In this document: positions 35,233 through 43,521 of the stretch, piece by piece
How positions within the stretch are numbered: the first letter of the stretch is position 1
How the letters are laid out: every line of letters begins with the position of its first letter
Virus record (IMG/VR): IMGVR_UViG_3300028857_000005
Span: 1-64,000 of that record
Length of the DNA: 64,000 bases
Source of the DNA: a virus
Lineage: Duplodnaviria > Heunggongvirae > Uroviricota > Caudoviricetes
Strand: one strand, 5' to 3'
The notes under the pieces: generated by a model
What the model saw: the letters and a program-made list of their open reading frames with translations, nothing else
Told to the model about the DNA's origin: nothing
Databases searched by the model: none
Position numbers and translations under genes: made by a program

Positions 35233-36130
35233 TAGCGTCGGTTACCCGAACAGCGATTGCGTTTCCGACAGTTGCGGACAGATCAGCCTTGATGTCATCA
35301 ATGCTACGACCAAGATCGTAAGCGAAGAGACCGGCGATCATCTCAGGAATTGCCGAGACATCCTGAACGATAACCACATTGTCAGGTCCGAAGAGATTTC
35401 CGTAGAACTCTTCCGAACGCTGGTACTTGGCTGCGGAGTTGTTGATCAGGAGGATTGTGACATCCCACTTCTCTGTAGCTGCCGCTGCGATACCCTCGAA
35501 GGACAGGTCACCGAGAGGCTGCTCACCGATGTACTTCTCGATGTGTGCGGCTGTAATCGGAATCTGCTTCTCATCAGCGATGAGGTAGACCTTGCCCTTG
35601 ACACCACGCTTGTCGAAAGCGTCAGTGCGGGTGTGGTATGCGAGGTAGTAGAACAACAGGTTGGAGGTCTCTCCACTGTTTCCACCACCATGACCCTCAA
35701 GGAACAGAACGTCCAGCGCCTCATCGATCTTGATACCAGATTCGAACTGGCTCATCTGCAACGGAACACGCTCATCATTCGCAGCGTCACCGTAAGCGGC
35801 AACTGCGATCTGAACGTCCTCAACGCCCTTTGCAGTGGTCAGATCGAAGACAGTGTTGAGCTTCTTCTGCATCTCACCGGGAATCGAACCCATGGAGCCG
35901 GTCTGGTCAAAACCAATGACCATCGGCTTCGTGAAGGGATGCTCCACGGTGTCAAGGGACTCACGAATGTTCTCGCCAGCCTTGTTGAGCTTCTTTACGT
36001 CAACAAGCTCATGTGCCTCATAGCGACCAGTAGCCTTGACGGTCCTGTCGTATGCGAATGCACTTCCTGTTGCGGCTCGCGTTGCGCTCACTGCGCTGTA
36101 GGCCGCTGCCGACCAACTTCCACCACCCAT
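35192..36130 (-). CDS. vWA-domain protein (MIDAS DQTGSMGS)
   Basis: VIGFDQTGSMGS motif; 312 aa. Overlaps the PurA-like start. Confidence 0.6.
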   Translation of the reverse strand: MGGGSWSAAAYSAVSATRAATGSAFAYDRTVKATGRYEAHELVDVKKLNKAGENIRESLDTVEHPFTKPMVIGFDQTGSMGSIPGEMQKKLNTVFDLTTAKGVEDVQIAVAAYGDAANDERVPLQMSQFESGIKIDEALDVLFLEGHGGGNSGETSNLLFYYLAYHTRTDAFDKRGVKGKVYLIADEKQIPITAAHIEKYIGEQPLGDLSFEGIAAAATEKWDVTILLINNSAAKYQRSEEFYGNLFGPDNVVIVQDVSAIPEMIAGLFAYDLGRSIDDIKADLSATVGNAIAVRVTDAIVKRSGTKSAALR

Positions 36131-36141
36131 TATGTTTCTCC

Positions 36142-36975
36142 TTAAATCATCGGTACGGCTGGGACATCAAGTGGATGCCACTTCGCAGGTCCGTACAACT
36201 TGGTTGCTACATCATTAACTTCATTGAAGAAGTCTCTTGCATTGGCTACGCCAAACGAGTGCTTCTTGAACGTTTCTAAGAGGAGCTTATCAGGGACTGA
36301 GGTCTTTGTCAACATGGCTGCCAGTTGGGCAACCATCATCTTCTCATCTGCCCCCGCTCCACCGAAGTACCTTGCAGGAGTAGGTGCGTCAGGCTTCAAT
36401 GCCAGACGACTATCCAATTCAACGCTGTGCCACCATCCATCAAGCATGAGGCCATGCTCACTTGGGAGTAGTGCGACTGTTCGAGGGTTGATATCTCCAT
36501 GAACGATTCCAGACTCAGCAGCTTTCTTGATTGCCGCCGCTCCACGCTTAGCGATCCATACCGCAGTGCGGGAATCAAACTTGGGGAAGTCCTCGACAAA
36601 CCACCAACCTTCTCCGTAATTCAGGGTCAGGTGGTCAGGTCCAAAGGAATGAATCTTAGGAAAGAACCTATTGAATTCAGCAGGCAGCTTGGCAAGTTGC
36701 TCAAGCGCACGCACAGCGACGATCTTACGATCATCGAAATCTTTTTCCATGCTCCATGCGATTGCATGTGCTGTCGTTGCGGTGCCATTGGCTACACGCA
36801 GTTGGTAATCTGGACCTTCAAAGAGAGGTACCAGTTTCACGAATGCCTCATGAGCATTGGGATCGGTATTCACGTCAGGGTGAAATTCACGCTGTAAGTC
36901 CCTAAGAGCATCCTTGGTCTTGGGAATGTTCAATGCCCGCCAAGTTTTGGCAGTCATGATCTTGGTGATATCCAT
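36142..36975 (-). CDS. protein-kinase-fold / APH-like phosphotransferase (HGDINPRTV catalytic loop, LDGWW)
   Basis: HGDxNxxN catalytic-loop-like and D-containing DFG-equivalent motifs. Confidence 0.5.
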   Translation of the reverse strand: MDITKIMTAKTWRALNIPKTKDALRDLQREFHPDVNTDPNAHEAFVKLVPLFEGPDYQLRVANGTATTAHAIAWSMEKDFDDRKIVAVRALEQLAKLPAEFNRFFPKIHSFGPDHLTLNYGEGWWFVEDFPKFDSRTAVWIAKRGAAAIKKAAESGIVHGDINPRTVALLPSEHGLMLDGWWHSVELDSRLALKPDAPTPARYFGGAGADEKMMVAQLAAMLTKTSVPDKLLLETFKKHSFGVANARDFFNEVNDVATKLYGPAKWHPLDVPAVPMI

Positions 36976-37003
36976 AGTGATCCTTCGTCGTGGTGGAAGT
37001 TAA

Positions 37004-37112
37004 GAGCTAGAGAAAAGGGCGACCTAAGTGTTTACTGTCGGAATCGAACCGACTTTATCTCATTCATTATATGGGTGGCCCGCCATGGGCCGAAGTAACT
37101 CAAGTCTATCGC
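37004..37112 (-). ncRNA. structured spacer RNA D (terminal stem 5'-GAGCTAGA...TCTAGCTC-3'; GAUGCGAUAGA motif; T-arm mimic GTCGG/TTCGATT/CCGAC; CACUUAGGUCGCCCUUUUC motif)
   Basis: Direct reading. Abuts the 3' end of the tRNA at 37114. Confidence 0.5.
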
Positions 37113-37113
37113 A

Positions 37114-37186
37114 TCTAGCTCAGTGCGTCTGACGGGGGTCGAACCCGTGCTGTACACGTCCTCAACGTGTTTCCTCTGCCTTTGGG
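37114..37186 (-). tRNA. class I (short variable arm) tRNA with Leu anticodon GAG, A73
   Basis: Acceptor GCGTCTG/CAGACGC. Anticodon stem ACACG/CGTGT, loop TTGAGGA. T-arm ACGGG/TTCGACC/CCCGT. Confidence 0.55.
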
Positions 37187-37300
37187 ATACAGACGCATTG
37201 ATTGGGAGAGTCAGAAAGACAGATTTGAAAGTGTGGTATCTAAGCTTCGTGTACACTCAGCTTCGACCTGCAAAATCTTATAGTGTCAAGCACTTCCCAG

Positions 37301-37374
37301 TAGTCCATATGGGAGTCGAACCCACAACCTCTAGAACCTAAATCTAGCGCCTCTGCCAATTGGGCTAATGGACC
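37301..37374 (-). tRNA. class I tRNA with Leu anticodon TAG, A73
   Basis: Acceptor GGTCCAT/ATGGACT. Anticodon stem CTAGA/TCTAG, loop TTTAGGT. T-arm GTGGG/TTCGACT/CCCAT. Confidence 0.55.
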
Positions 37375-37424
37375 ATTAAGGAGTACTTTTCCACTAAGCT
37401 AATGTACACTCAACTAAATGGCCG

Positions 37425-37530
37425 CATACATACCGGATTCGAACCGGTGACTCTCCTGTTGAAGACGTTCTTCCGCTGAACTATCGACTTGCCTTGTGAG
37501 CCTGACGAATGGGATTCGAACCCATGACTT
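37425..37530 (-). tRNA. atypical tRNA-like region: canonical D-arm (TAGTTCAGCGGAAGAAC) and a T-arm (ACCGG/TTCGAAT/CCGGT) without matching acceptor, plus a stray T-arm hairpin CATGGG/TTCGAAT/CCCATT
   Basis: Hand-folding fails. Possibly permuted, intron-containing or degenerate. Confidence 0.3.
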
Positions 37531-37537
37531 TCTTCCG

Positions 37538-37608
37538 TAGTCCGTAACAGAATTGAACTGTTGTAGCCTCGGTGTAAACGAGGAAGTCTACCATTGACCT
37601 AACGGACC
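37538..37608 (-). tRNA. tRNA-Val (anticodon TAC)
   Basis: Acceptor GGTCCGT/ACGGACT. D GGTC/GACT. Anticodon stem CCTCG/CGAGG, loop TTTACAC. T-arm AACAG/TTCAATT/CTGTT. Confidence 0.7.
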
Positions 37609-38015
37609 ATGACCTCACTTGGTCTAGAACCGTGTGAGGGTTGTTAACGACTTTGCATGTCCACAACATTCATAGTGTTGTGCGCAAACTTTCACAGCGC
37701 TACCTGCGATAGCCATGGATCGATGGATAGCTAGTCCATCGCCTTGCTACTTATATTTGGTGACCAACAGGTTTGCTCCATCCCTGTTGCTGTGGCTAAT
37801 TGTTCACTTAGCAGCTTTCTTATGGGCTGCACCTTATTACAGGCTGGGGTTTACAATCACCAATACTAGTGATACACACAGGCGGAAATTCATGAACGGA
37901 GATTCTATCTCTTTGACGAACGACTTGCCATGTGTGTTTTGTCGGGGCGGATTGGATACCGCACAACACACTTCAAGTTCATCTTATTGCAGATTGCAAC
38001 CTGTATGCACCAGAG

Positions 38016-38090
38016 TAGTCCACACGGGGTTCGAACCCGTAACCTTCAATGTTTGAAACTGACGCCTCTACCGGATTGGGCTAGTGGACC
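38016..38090 (-). tRNA. class I tRNA with Leu anticodon CAA, A73
   Basis: Acceptor GGTCCAC/GTGGACT. Anticodon stem TCAGT/ATTGA, loop TTCAAAC. T-arm ACGGG/TTCGAAC/CCCGT. Confidence 0.55.
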
Positions 38091-38299
38091 ATCTGTGTTT
38101 TCGCTATTCACTTGTATGAGTAGCTTAGCAGACTATCCTCAGCGTGTCAAGCTACCAGACACGGCGATTCATTAGATTCAGGACGAGTCCCACGATGACC
38201 AAGGCTCCACCAACATACAGGAGCGTCTGACCACCGAGGCCAAAGACGAATCCCAGTACTAACAGGATGATTCCTAGTGCTACCATGTTACTTCCCTTC

Positions 38300-38395
38300 T
38301 AAGCACAAGTGTAGGGAATCGAACCCTAGCTGACAGAAGTTTTGGAGGCTTCCCGGCTTACCCACAGTGGCACTTGCTTGGGGGTAGTTTAGAGT
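38300..38395 (-). tRNA. tRNA (isotype undetermined)
   Basis: T-arm TAGGG/TTCGATT/CCCTA. Acceptor GCAAGTG/CACTTGT. Anticodon arm unresolved. Confidence 0.4.
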
Positions 38396-38562
38396 CTTCC
38401 CGAGACTGTAATCCAGTATAGCACATCATTCCCCGTAGATCAAGTAGAGGATGAAGCTCCATACCGTCCAGATTCCGAAGATTGCTAGTGCAATGAGCAT
38501 AGCAGAGATTCCGACGACAATCAAGATCACCCAAAACAAGATGAACAGGAATAAGGCGTCCA

Positions 38563-38835
38563 TCAGTAGAGAACGCTTACGTTGCGGTAGAACGTGTCTT
38601 CGAACTCTTCTGGATTGTAGACTACCACAGTACCGAACTGTGGGTCAACTACGAGCCAGTCTCCTACCTTCACGGGGAAATGAAGGCTTTCATCGCGGTA
38701 GAACATGATGTCATCACGGTCGCTGAACATGTACCACATATAGTCGGCATTTTCCAGCACCGAGCATACGGCATCATTATTCTTCCCTGTCACATGGATT
38801 GCGTGACAAGGTTCCTTGTAGCGAACGTCAATCAT
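38563..38835 (-). CDS. hypothetical protein (90 aa)
   Basis: ORF track entry. Confidence 0.45.
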   Translation of the reverse strand: MIDVRYKEPCHAIHVTGKNNDAVCSVLENADYMWYMFSDRDDIMFYRDESLHFPVKVGDWLVVDPQFGTVVVYNPEEFEDTFYRNVSVLY

Positions 38836-39209
38836 CCGTAGCTCACCGTAACCATGTGTCCTAGGTGCTTCTCACCATCAGGGTAGAAGTAGCCCAGAAC
38901 AGAAGATAGTGCAGCGATTTCATCCATGGTGGGAACACCAAACGTGTCAGTGCTGACTTCCATGGCTCCATCCCAAGAGTATCCCTCAGTGGAAGCTGCG
39001 TAGATCATGTAACCATAGCAGTAGTCATAGTGACCATAGCTGGCTACTTCAACACCGGGGAACTTCTTGATGATTGCGTAGTACGCCTCAGACGGATCGT
39101 CCTCATCGAATTCAATACCCATTGCCTCAAAGGCAAGGGAGTTGTCCTCTTCCTGAGGATCACCAGTGATGAATCCGAATCCGTAGTGCATGTCCAGACT
39201 AGCGCCCAT
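38832..39209 (-). CDS. hypothetical protein (start probably MGASLDMHYG with RBS ggagg; ORF extends to 39269)
   Basis: An internal start reduces the overlap. Confidence 0.45.
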   Translation of the reverse strand: MGASLDMHYGFGFITGDPQEEDNSLAFEAMGIEFDEDDPSEAYYAIIKKFPGVEVASYGHYDYCYGYMIYAASTEGYSWDGAMEVSTDTFGVPTMDEIAALSSVLGYFYPDGEKHLGHMVTVSYG

Positions 39210-39393
39210 TGCTGGCCTCCAATACGGATACGCGCTTTCCGATTTCATCAATCTCAAGCACAACCTCACCCATCATAGCCATCAATAGCTCAGTGTTGGA
39301 ACCCTTAGCATTAAGGACATCAACAACTGCCTTAGCCATGCGCTGAGCAAACTCGCTCACGATTACTCCGTCCATTGGCTCTACCGTGATCAT
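39199..39393 (-). CDS. small hypothetical protein (start MITVEPMDGV with RBS aaggag; ORF extends to 39465)
   Basis: Internal start with a strong SD. Confidence 0.4.
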   Translation of the reverse strand: MITVEPMDGVIVSEFAQRMAKAVVDVLNAKGSNTELLMAMMGEVVLEIDEIGKRVSVLEASNGR

Positions 39394-39549
39394 CGGTGCT
39401 CCTTGCAGACGTATCCCTTGTCTGTTGCGTAAAGAGCCTTGAACTCTCCACCGCAGACCTTGCATACCGTGATACCCGCGTCGTTGCGACGAATCAAATC
39501 GTCAAGCGTAACGACCTTAGTTCCGAACATGTTTTCCATTGTGATCCTT

Positions 39550-39978
39550 TCACGGACTCTTAGAGATTACTTTGCCTTTGATGCAGTAGTAGCTGTATAA
39601 ATTGCCATTGACGTTCCTTGCTGTGTACCCGCCTTGAGCGGTACAGGCAACGGTATCGAATGAACCCCACGTATCTGTCTTTGGCTGAGGAAGCACCTGA
39701 GTCTCAGACATGCAGTAGGTGACATCAGAAGTCATTCCGATGACCTGATTGCCTGCCTTGCGGCATTCCAGTGCCCAGTCTTCTGCTACCTTGGATTGTG
39801 ACGTACAGCTTGTGATGCCGAAAGCGATCAGTCCAATAATGCCTAGGATGACTCCTGTACCAGAAGCCCATCCGATGACAGAGCCGAATCCAATAGCAAA
39901 GTTCTCCCTGATCCGCTGCCAGTTGATCTTGGGCTTGGGTGCGGGCTGAGGGTAGCTGTCAAACTCTGCGGGCTTCAC
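39550..39978 (-). CDS. secreted/lipoprotein-like Cys-containing protein (142 aa)
   Basis: N-terminal TM/signal segment and six Cys. Confidence 0.5.
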   Translation of the reverse strand: MKPAEFDSYPQPAPKPKINWQRIRENFAIGFGSVIGWASGTGVILGIIGLIAFGITSCTSQSKVAEDWALECRKAGNQVIGMTSDVTYCMSETQVLPQPKTDTWGSFDTVACTAQGGYTARNVNGNLYSYYCIKGKVISKSP

Positions 39979-40181
39979 TTGGACCTCGTTGTGTAAGACT
40001 TGACGACGTTCATATTATCGCTGCAAATGACGCTTTCGTCATCCCATTCGTAGACGAGCCATCCATCAGCCTGAGTAACCCAGTTGACTTCCATCTCATC
40101 GGTGTGCTCGGGCCAGTGTGCTCGACTGTAAGCAGGAGCAACACGGGAGAACTGTTCCTTGTACGTGACTGCGAGAATCAT
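39975..40181 (-). CDS. hypothetical protein (68 aa)
   Basis: ORF track entry. Confidence 0.4.
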   Translation of the reverse strand: MILAVTYKEQFSRVAPAYSRAHWPEHTDEMEVNWVTQADGWLVYEWDDESVICSDNMNVVKSYTTRSK

Positions 40182-40449
40182 GTCTAACCTTTCCTTGTCG
40201 TGTAGGAAGACTCTATCAGGTCAGGTCTTCGTTGTCAACCCACCTACCGTTGACCTTGGTTTCTGTCTTGATGTTATTGGGGTCCATCTTTCTTGTCGCT
40301 CATGACAAAAGCCTACCATCTCTGATAGGCTCTGTCAAGTTAGGGATTGCTCAGCTAGTCGTCACCCAAGTCGTAAGCTTTATTGCACTCCCCCGCTTCG
40401 TCTCTCATCTGACGGACTTGGGGCAAACCCACCATGAGACTCTGCGTTT

Positions 40450-40535
40450 GTGGACCATGCGGGAGTCGAACCCGCGTCCAAATATGTTCCAGCTAAACAG
40501 TTATACGGCCATTGTAATACGGGGTAGCTTCCGCC
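40450..40535 (-). tRNA. tRNA-like (T-arm GCGGG/TTCGACT/CCCGC); acceptor partner not found
   Basis: T-arm only. Confidence 0.3.
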
Positions 40536-40903
40536 ACACTCCACCAGTCCATTTAGGTTGGACAACCTTTTACTGCACCTTAGACATTTGATTGACTAGG
40601 GCTGCCTTTACCCTTGGCTTGTCAGACGAGCGCTAGCTGGTCCGCACCGGAGAGTACTGACTCAATGAATGCGTCAACACCCTTCATAGCCTCTGTTACC
40701 TCATCGGTAGCATTTATTTGTTTGACCACTTTATAGAATGTGATCCGTTTCTGGCCGCTATTTAGATTTTCCATACCTGTCAAAACCGGGATGGCCCATT
40801 ATCGCATGTGGGGTACTGCTAGGCAATCCCACATACTTGTCACAGGGTATACCTACGCCCATTAAACACCCTAGCGCAATTCGTAGCGTAATCCTGCCGA
40901 CCG

Positions 40904-40974
40904 TACCCTATAGGGGAGTTGAACCCCTGTTGATGATCTGAGAAACCATCGTCCTGCCGTTGAACGAATAGGGC
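40904..40974 (-). tRNA. tRNA-Glu (anticodon CTC)
   Basis: Acceptor GCCCTAT/ATAGGGT. Anticodon stem ATGGT/ATCAT, loop TTCTCAG. T-arm AGGGG/TTCAACT/CCCCT. Confidence 0.7.
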
Positions 40975-41129
40975 ATATGAGGATCACTTTGGTAAGCGGA
41001 GCCTCGCAATTTCCTAGCATTGCTGCTATCACAGTAGAATCAGGATGTGAACCCTTGGCAAGCATCTGGTCCTTGCCATCACCGCATGATTAAGGAATCA
41101 TACTACCTGTGGGATTACCAGTCCCAACG

Positions 41130-41201
41130 TGACCTAGCGGAGAATCGAACTCCGATTAAGAGATTGAAAGCCTCTGTTCCTAACCATTGAAAGACTAGGC
41201 C
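41130..41201 (-). tRNA. tRNA-Glu (anticodon TTC)
   Basis: Acceptor GGCCTAG/CTAGGTC. Anticodon stem AGAGG/TCTCT, loop CTTTCAA. T-arm CGGAG/TTCGATT/CTCCG. Confidence 0.7.
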
Positions 41202-41277
41202 ATTGATCCGTTATCGTCCGTTGGTGGATCATTCCCTTGGAAAGCTATGGGGCGTCTTAGGTTTCCCTTAGCAGGAC

Positions 41278-41643
41278 TCAGGAGAAGTCGTCTAGACCAT
41301 CCACATCTATTGCAGTTACGCCCACCCGCGACGCATCTAGCGACTTCTTCTTACTGTAAGTATACACTACCTTTTCGTTCCTGTCAACCTCGTATACCGT
41401 TGAAGTATCAGGCTCGAACGTGTCGTCTTGGTCCTCTGTGAGTCCCCTTGACCACTCGATACCCCAGAGCTTACCACCATACTGAACGATTGTCAACATG
41501 TGGGTTGCCCAGCGTCCTTCGCCAAGCTCTTCTTCGTCCATGTAGATGATTCCGGTATCGGTGTAGTCTCCGTAATCTAGGTCTCTAGGGGTGAAGTAGG
41601 ACGATTCGTCCTTGAGCTTTTCAAGCTGATCAATCAGGTCCAT
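41278..41643 (-). CDS. hypothetical acidic protein (121 aa)
   Basis: ORF track entry. Confidence 0.45.
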   Translation of the reverse strand: MDLIDQLEKLKDESSYFTPRDLDYGDYTDTGIIYMDEEELGEGRWATHMLTIVQYGGKLWGIEWSRGLTEDQDDTFEPDTSTVYEVDRNEKVVYTYSKKKSLDASRVGVTAIDVDGLDDFS

Positions 41644-42056
41644 CGTGATACCGTCTTTCCATTGTGGTCTGTCTCTCCGTCAAAGCGGAGTTCCTTGTAA
41701 GAGGACCAGAAGCCATTCTGCCATGGTCCACGTCGTTCTACGATTGTTACCAAGCACTCGATTGTGCGGGAAGGTGTCTTACCCCATGCCCTCTTGTCTA
41801 GCCCGCAGAGCAGGCAGAAGACGTTGAAGTGATGGTAGACCTCTCGCTGATATGCGCTACGGTCTAGGTACTGAGTGATGCGCTTATTGCATACCCAGAA
41901 ATGAGGGCCGTGTTCGTTGTTGGGGCACCCTCTTGGTGCGTGAGGCTTCTTTGGCTTCTTGTGACGGATGCTGTGAATGTAACGGTCACCCATCATTGGG
42001 CGATCACCGTACTTATCTTCTTCATTCCAACGAGACATCGAGTAAACTTCTGGCAC
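41634..42056 (-). CDS. hypothetical Cys/His-containing protein (140 aa)
   Basis: ORF track entry. Confidence 0.45.
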   Translation of the reverse strand: MPEVYSMSRWNEEDKYGDRPMMGDRYIHSIRHKKPKKPHAPRGCPNNEHGPHFWVCNKRITQYLDRSAYQREVYHHFNVFCLLCGLDKRAWGKTPSRTIECLVTIVERRGPWQNGFWSSYKELRFDGETDHNGKTVSRWT

Positions 42057-42194
42057 GTATCCTCCGTTAAATGGATGATATCATCCGTTTAAGGGATGAT
42101 AGAAAGTGGTTTAGGCACAATGCGCCCGACGAAAGATCATGACTCTAACGCCGTCCCTGTCAGCCTAGGATCGAGGGTGGACATCCTACCTAAG

Positions 42195-42265
42195 TGCGGA
42201 TACGGGGAATCGAACCCCGGCCCCCTGCATGGCAAGCAGGGATTCTACCTCTGAACTACATCCAC
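42195..42265 (-). tRNA. tRNA-Gly (anticodon GCC)
   Basis: D-arm TAGTTCAGAGGTAGAAT. Anticodon stem CCTGC/GCAGG, loop TTGCCAT. T-arm CGGGG/TTCGATT/CCCCG. Confidence 0.7.
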
Positions 42266-42428
42266 ATGTTGCTGCAATGGAGCATCCGTTGACGCCTCCC
42301 TATTCCGGTATGGCGCAGGTTCAAGGTTTAAGCCCTGACCTTTCGGCATTACAGCAGTGCATTCTGTATTTGTGCAGGATGGAGAGATTGCTCTTTCCTC
42401 TCGTCGTACACAGGTCACAGACCCTTAG

Positions 42429-42815
42429 CTATATCTTACCATATCTGAACCCTCTTGCAGACGTGTGGCCTGCATTTCCGAAGTTCCAAGTAAGAGAGTG
42501 ACAGTTTGGACAAAGAAGCCTTAAGTTGTCAACGGCGTTGTTAGAAGAGTCCCCATCGATATGGTCAATTTGCACTGGCACGTCTCCGGTCCTTAGGTTC
42601 TTCCCAGACCAGCCGCATTGCCAACACATCTTTCCTCGTACCGAATAGATGTACCTTCTCACAAACTCAGAAATGTCTCTCTCTGTACCACCAGTCTCAG
42701 CACCAACTAACCATCTTGCGATGTATTTGTCGTACTGACTAACCTGCTGACACGCATGACTACAAAACTTGGCTCTGTTTCTTCCAAGCTTCTCACCACA
42801 CACTAGGCATTTCAT
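42429..42815 (-). CDS. HNH endonuclease
   Basis: CLVCGEKL...IDHIDGDSSNNAVDNLRLLCPNCH motifs. Confidence 0.65.
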   Translation of the reverse strand: MKCLVCGEKLGRNRAKFCSHACQQVSQYDKYIARWLVGAETGGTERDISEFVRRYIYSVRGKMCWQCGWSGKNLRTGDVPVQIDHIDGDSSNNAVDNLRLLCPNCHSLTWNFGNAGHTSARGFRYGKI

Positions 42816-42819
42816 TTCG

Positions 42820-42891
42820 ATCCTCCAAAGGGAATTGAACCCTTACCAATACCATACCAAGGTACCGTGCTGCCGTTATCACTATAGAGGA
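42820..42891 (-). tRNA. tRNA-Thr (anticodon GGT)
   Basis: Acceptor TCCTCTA/TGGAGGA. Anticodon stem GTACC/GGTAT, loop TTGGTAT. T-arm AAGGG/TTCAATT/CCCTT. Confidence 0.6.
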
Positions 42892-42904
42892 ATGTTTAAA
42901 GGGA

Positions 42905-42990
42905 ACGGAGGCGGGATTTGAACCACTTATGCGCGTATGAAAGCCTTCACCTTATGAGGGTGCTGAGATGCCAACTTCTCTACTCCGAAG
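42905..42990 (-). tRNA. probable class II tRNA (undetermined)
   Basis: T-loop TTCAAAT region. About 85 nt. Unresolved by hand. Confidence 0.3.
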
Positions 42991-43061
42991 TCGAGATACC
43001 CAGAATCGAACTGGTTTGGTGACATTATGAGTGTCGTCAGGAACCATTCCTGCCTACCTCG
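42991..43061 (-). tRNA. tRNA with CAT anticodon (elongator Met or Ile-lysidine; C1-G72 paired)
   Basis: Acceptor CGAGGTA/TATCTCG. D CAGG/CCTG. Loop CTCATAA. Confidence 0.65.
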
Positions 43062-43179
43062 TTAAATGACAGAATCCATGCTGCCCTGTGCCCATGCCCC
43101 GCTATTTCGCTGTGGGAAGCTCTTAAAAGACTCACACCCATGCTAACCGGAAGACCGTGTACTTTGGTGATCAATAGTT

Positions 43180-43255
43180 TTTTCAAGTAGGATTAGAACC
43201 TACACTTTAGGGCTTTCGACCCCGCCTCTGCCGTTGGGCTACCGAAAAACTAAGC
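43180..43255 (-). tRNA. tRNA (undetermined; D-arm TAGCCCAACGGCAGAGGC, T-arm GTAGG/TTCTAAT/CCTAC)
   Basis: Anticodon arm unresolved. Confidence 0.4.
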
Positions 43256-43325
43256 TCTCATAGCTGGATTTGAACCAACATTGAACGGGTAACAACCGTT
43301 TGTCCTGCCATTGAACGATACGAGA
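43255..43325 (-). tRNA. tRNA-Asn (anticodon GTT)
   Basis: Acceptor TCTCGTA/TATGAGA. D GTTC/GGAC. Anticodon stem AACGG/CCGTT, loop TTGTTAC. Confidence 0.7.
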
Positions 43326-43439
43326 TTAAACAATCCTGCTTTCGTATGCCAACTAAAGCCCAGATTGCGGTCAAGATGTGGAGCTACAGGATGGTATTAC
43401 AACCAATGACCATGCACAGTCTTAGTTTTCCTGCTTGCG

Positions 43440-43521
43440 TGAGCCGTGAAAGAATCGAACTTCCAATGTACATAATGACGAGAGTTTTACAGACTCCCTG
43501 CTCTACCAAGAGCGACGACCC
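43440..43521 (-). tRNA. tRNA-Tyr (anticodon GTA), class II
   Basis: Loop CTGTAAA. Variable arm CGTCATTATGTACA resembles bacterial tRNA-Tyr. T-arm GGAAG/TTCGATT/CTTTC. Confidence 0.65.
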
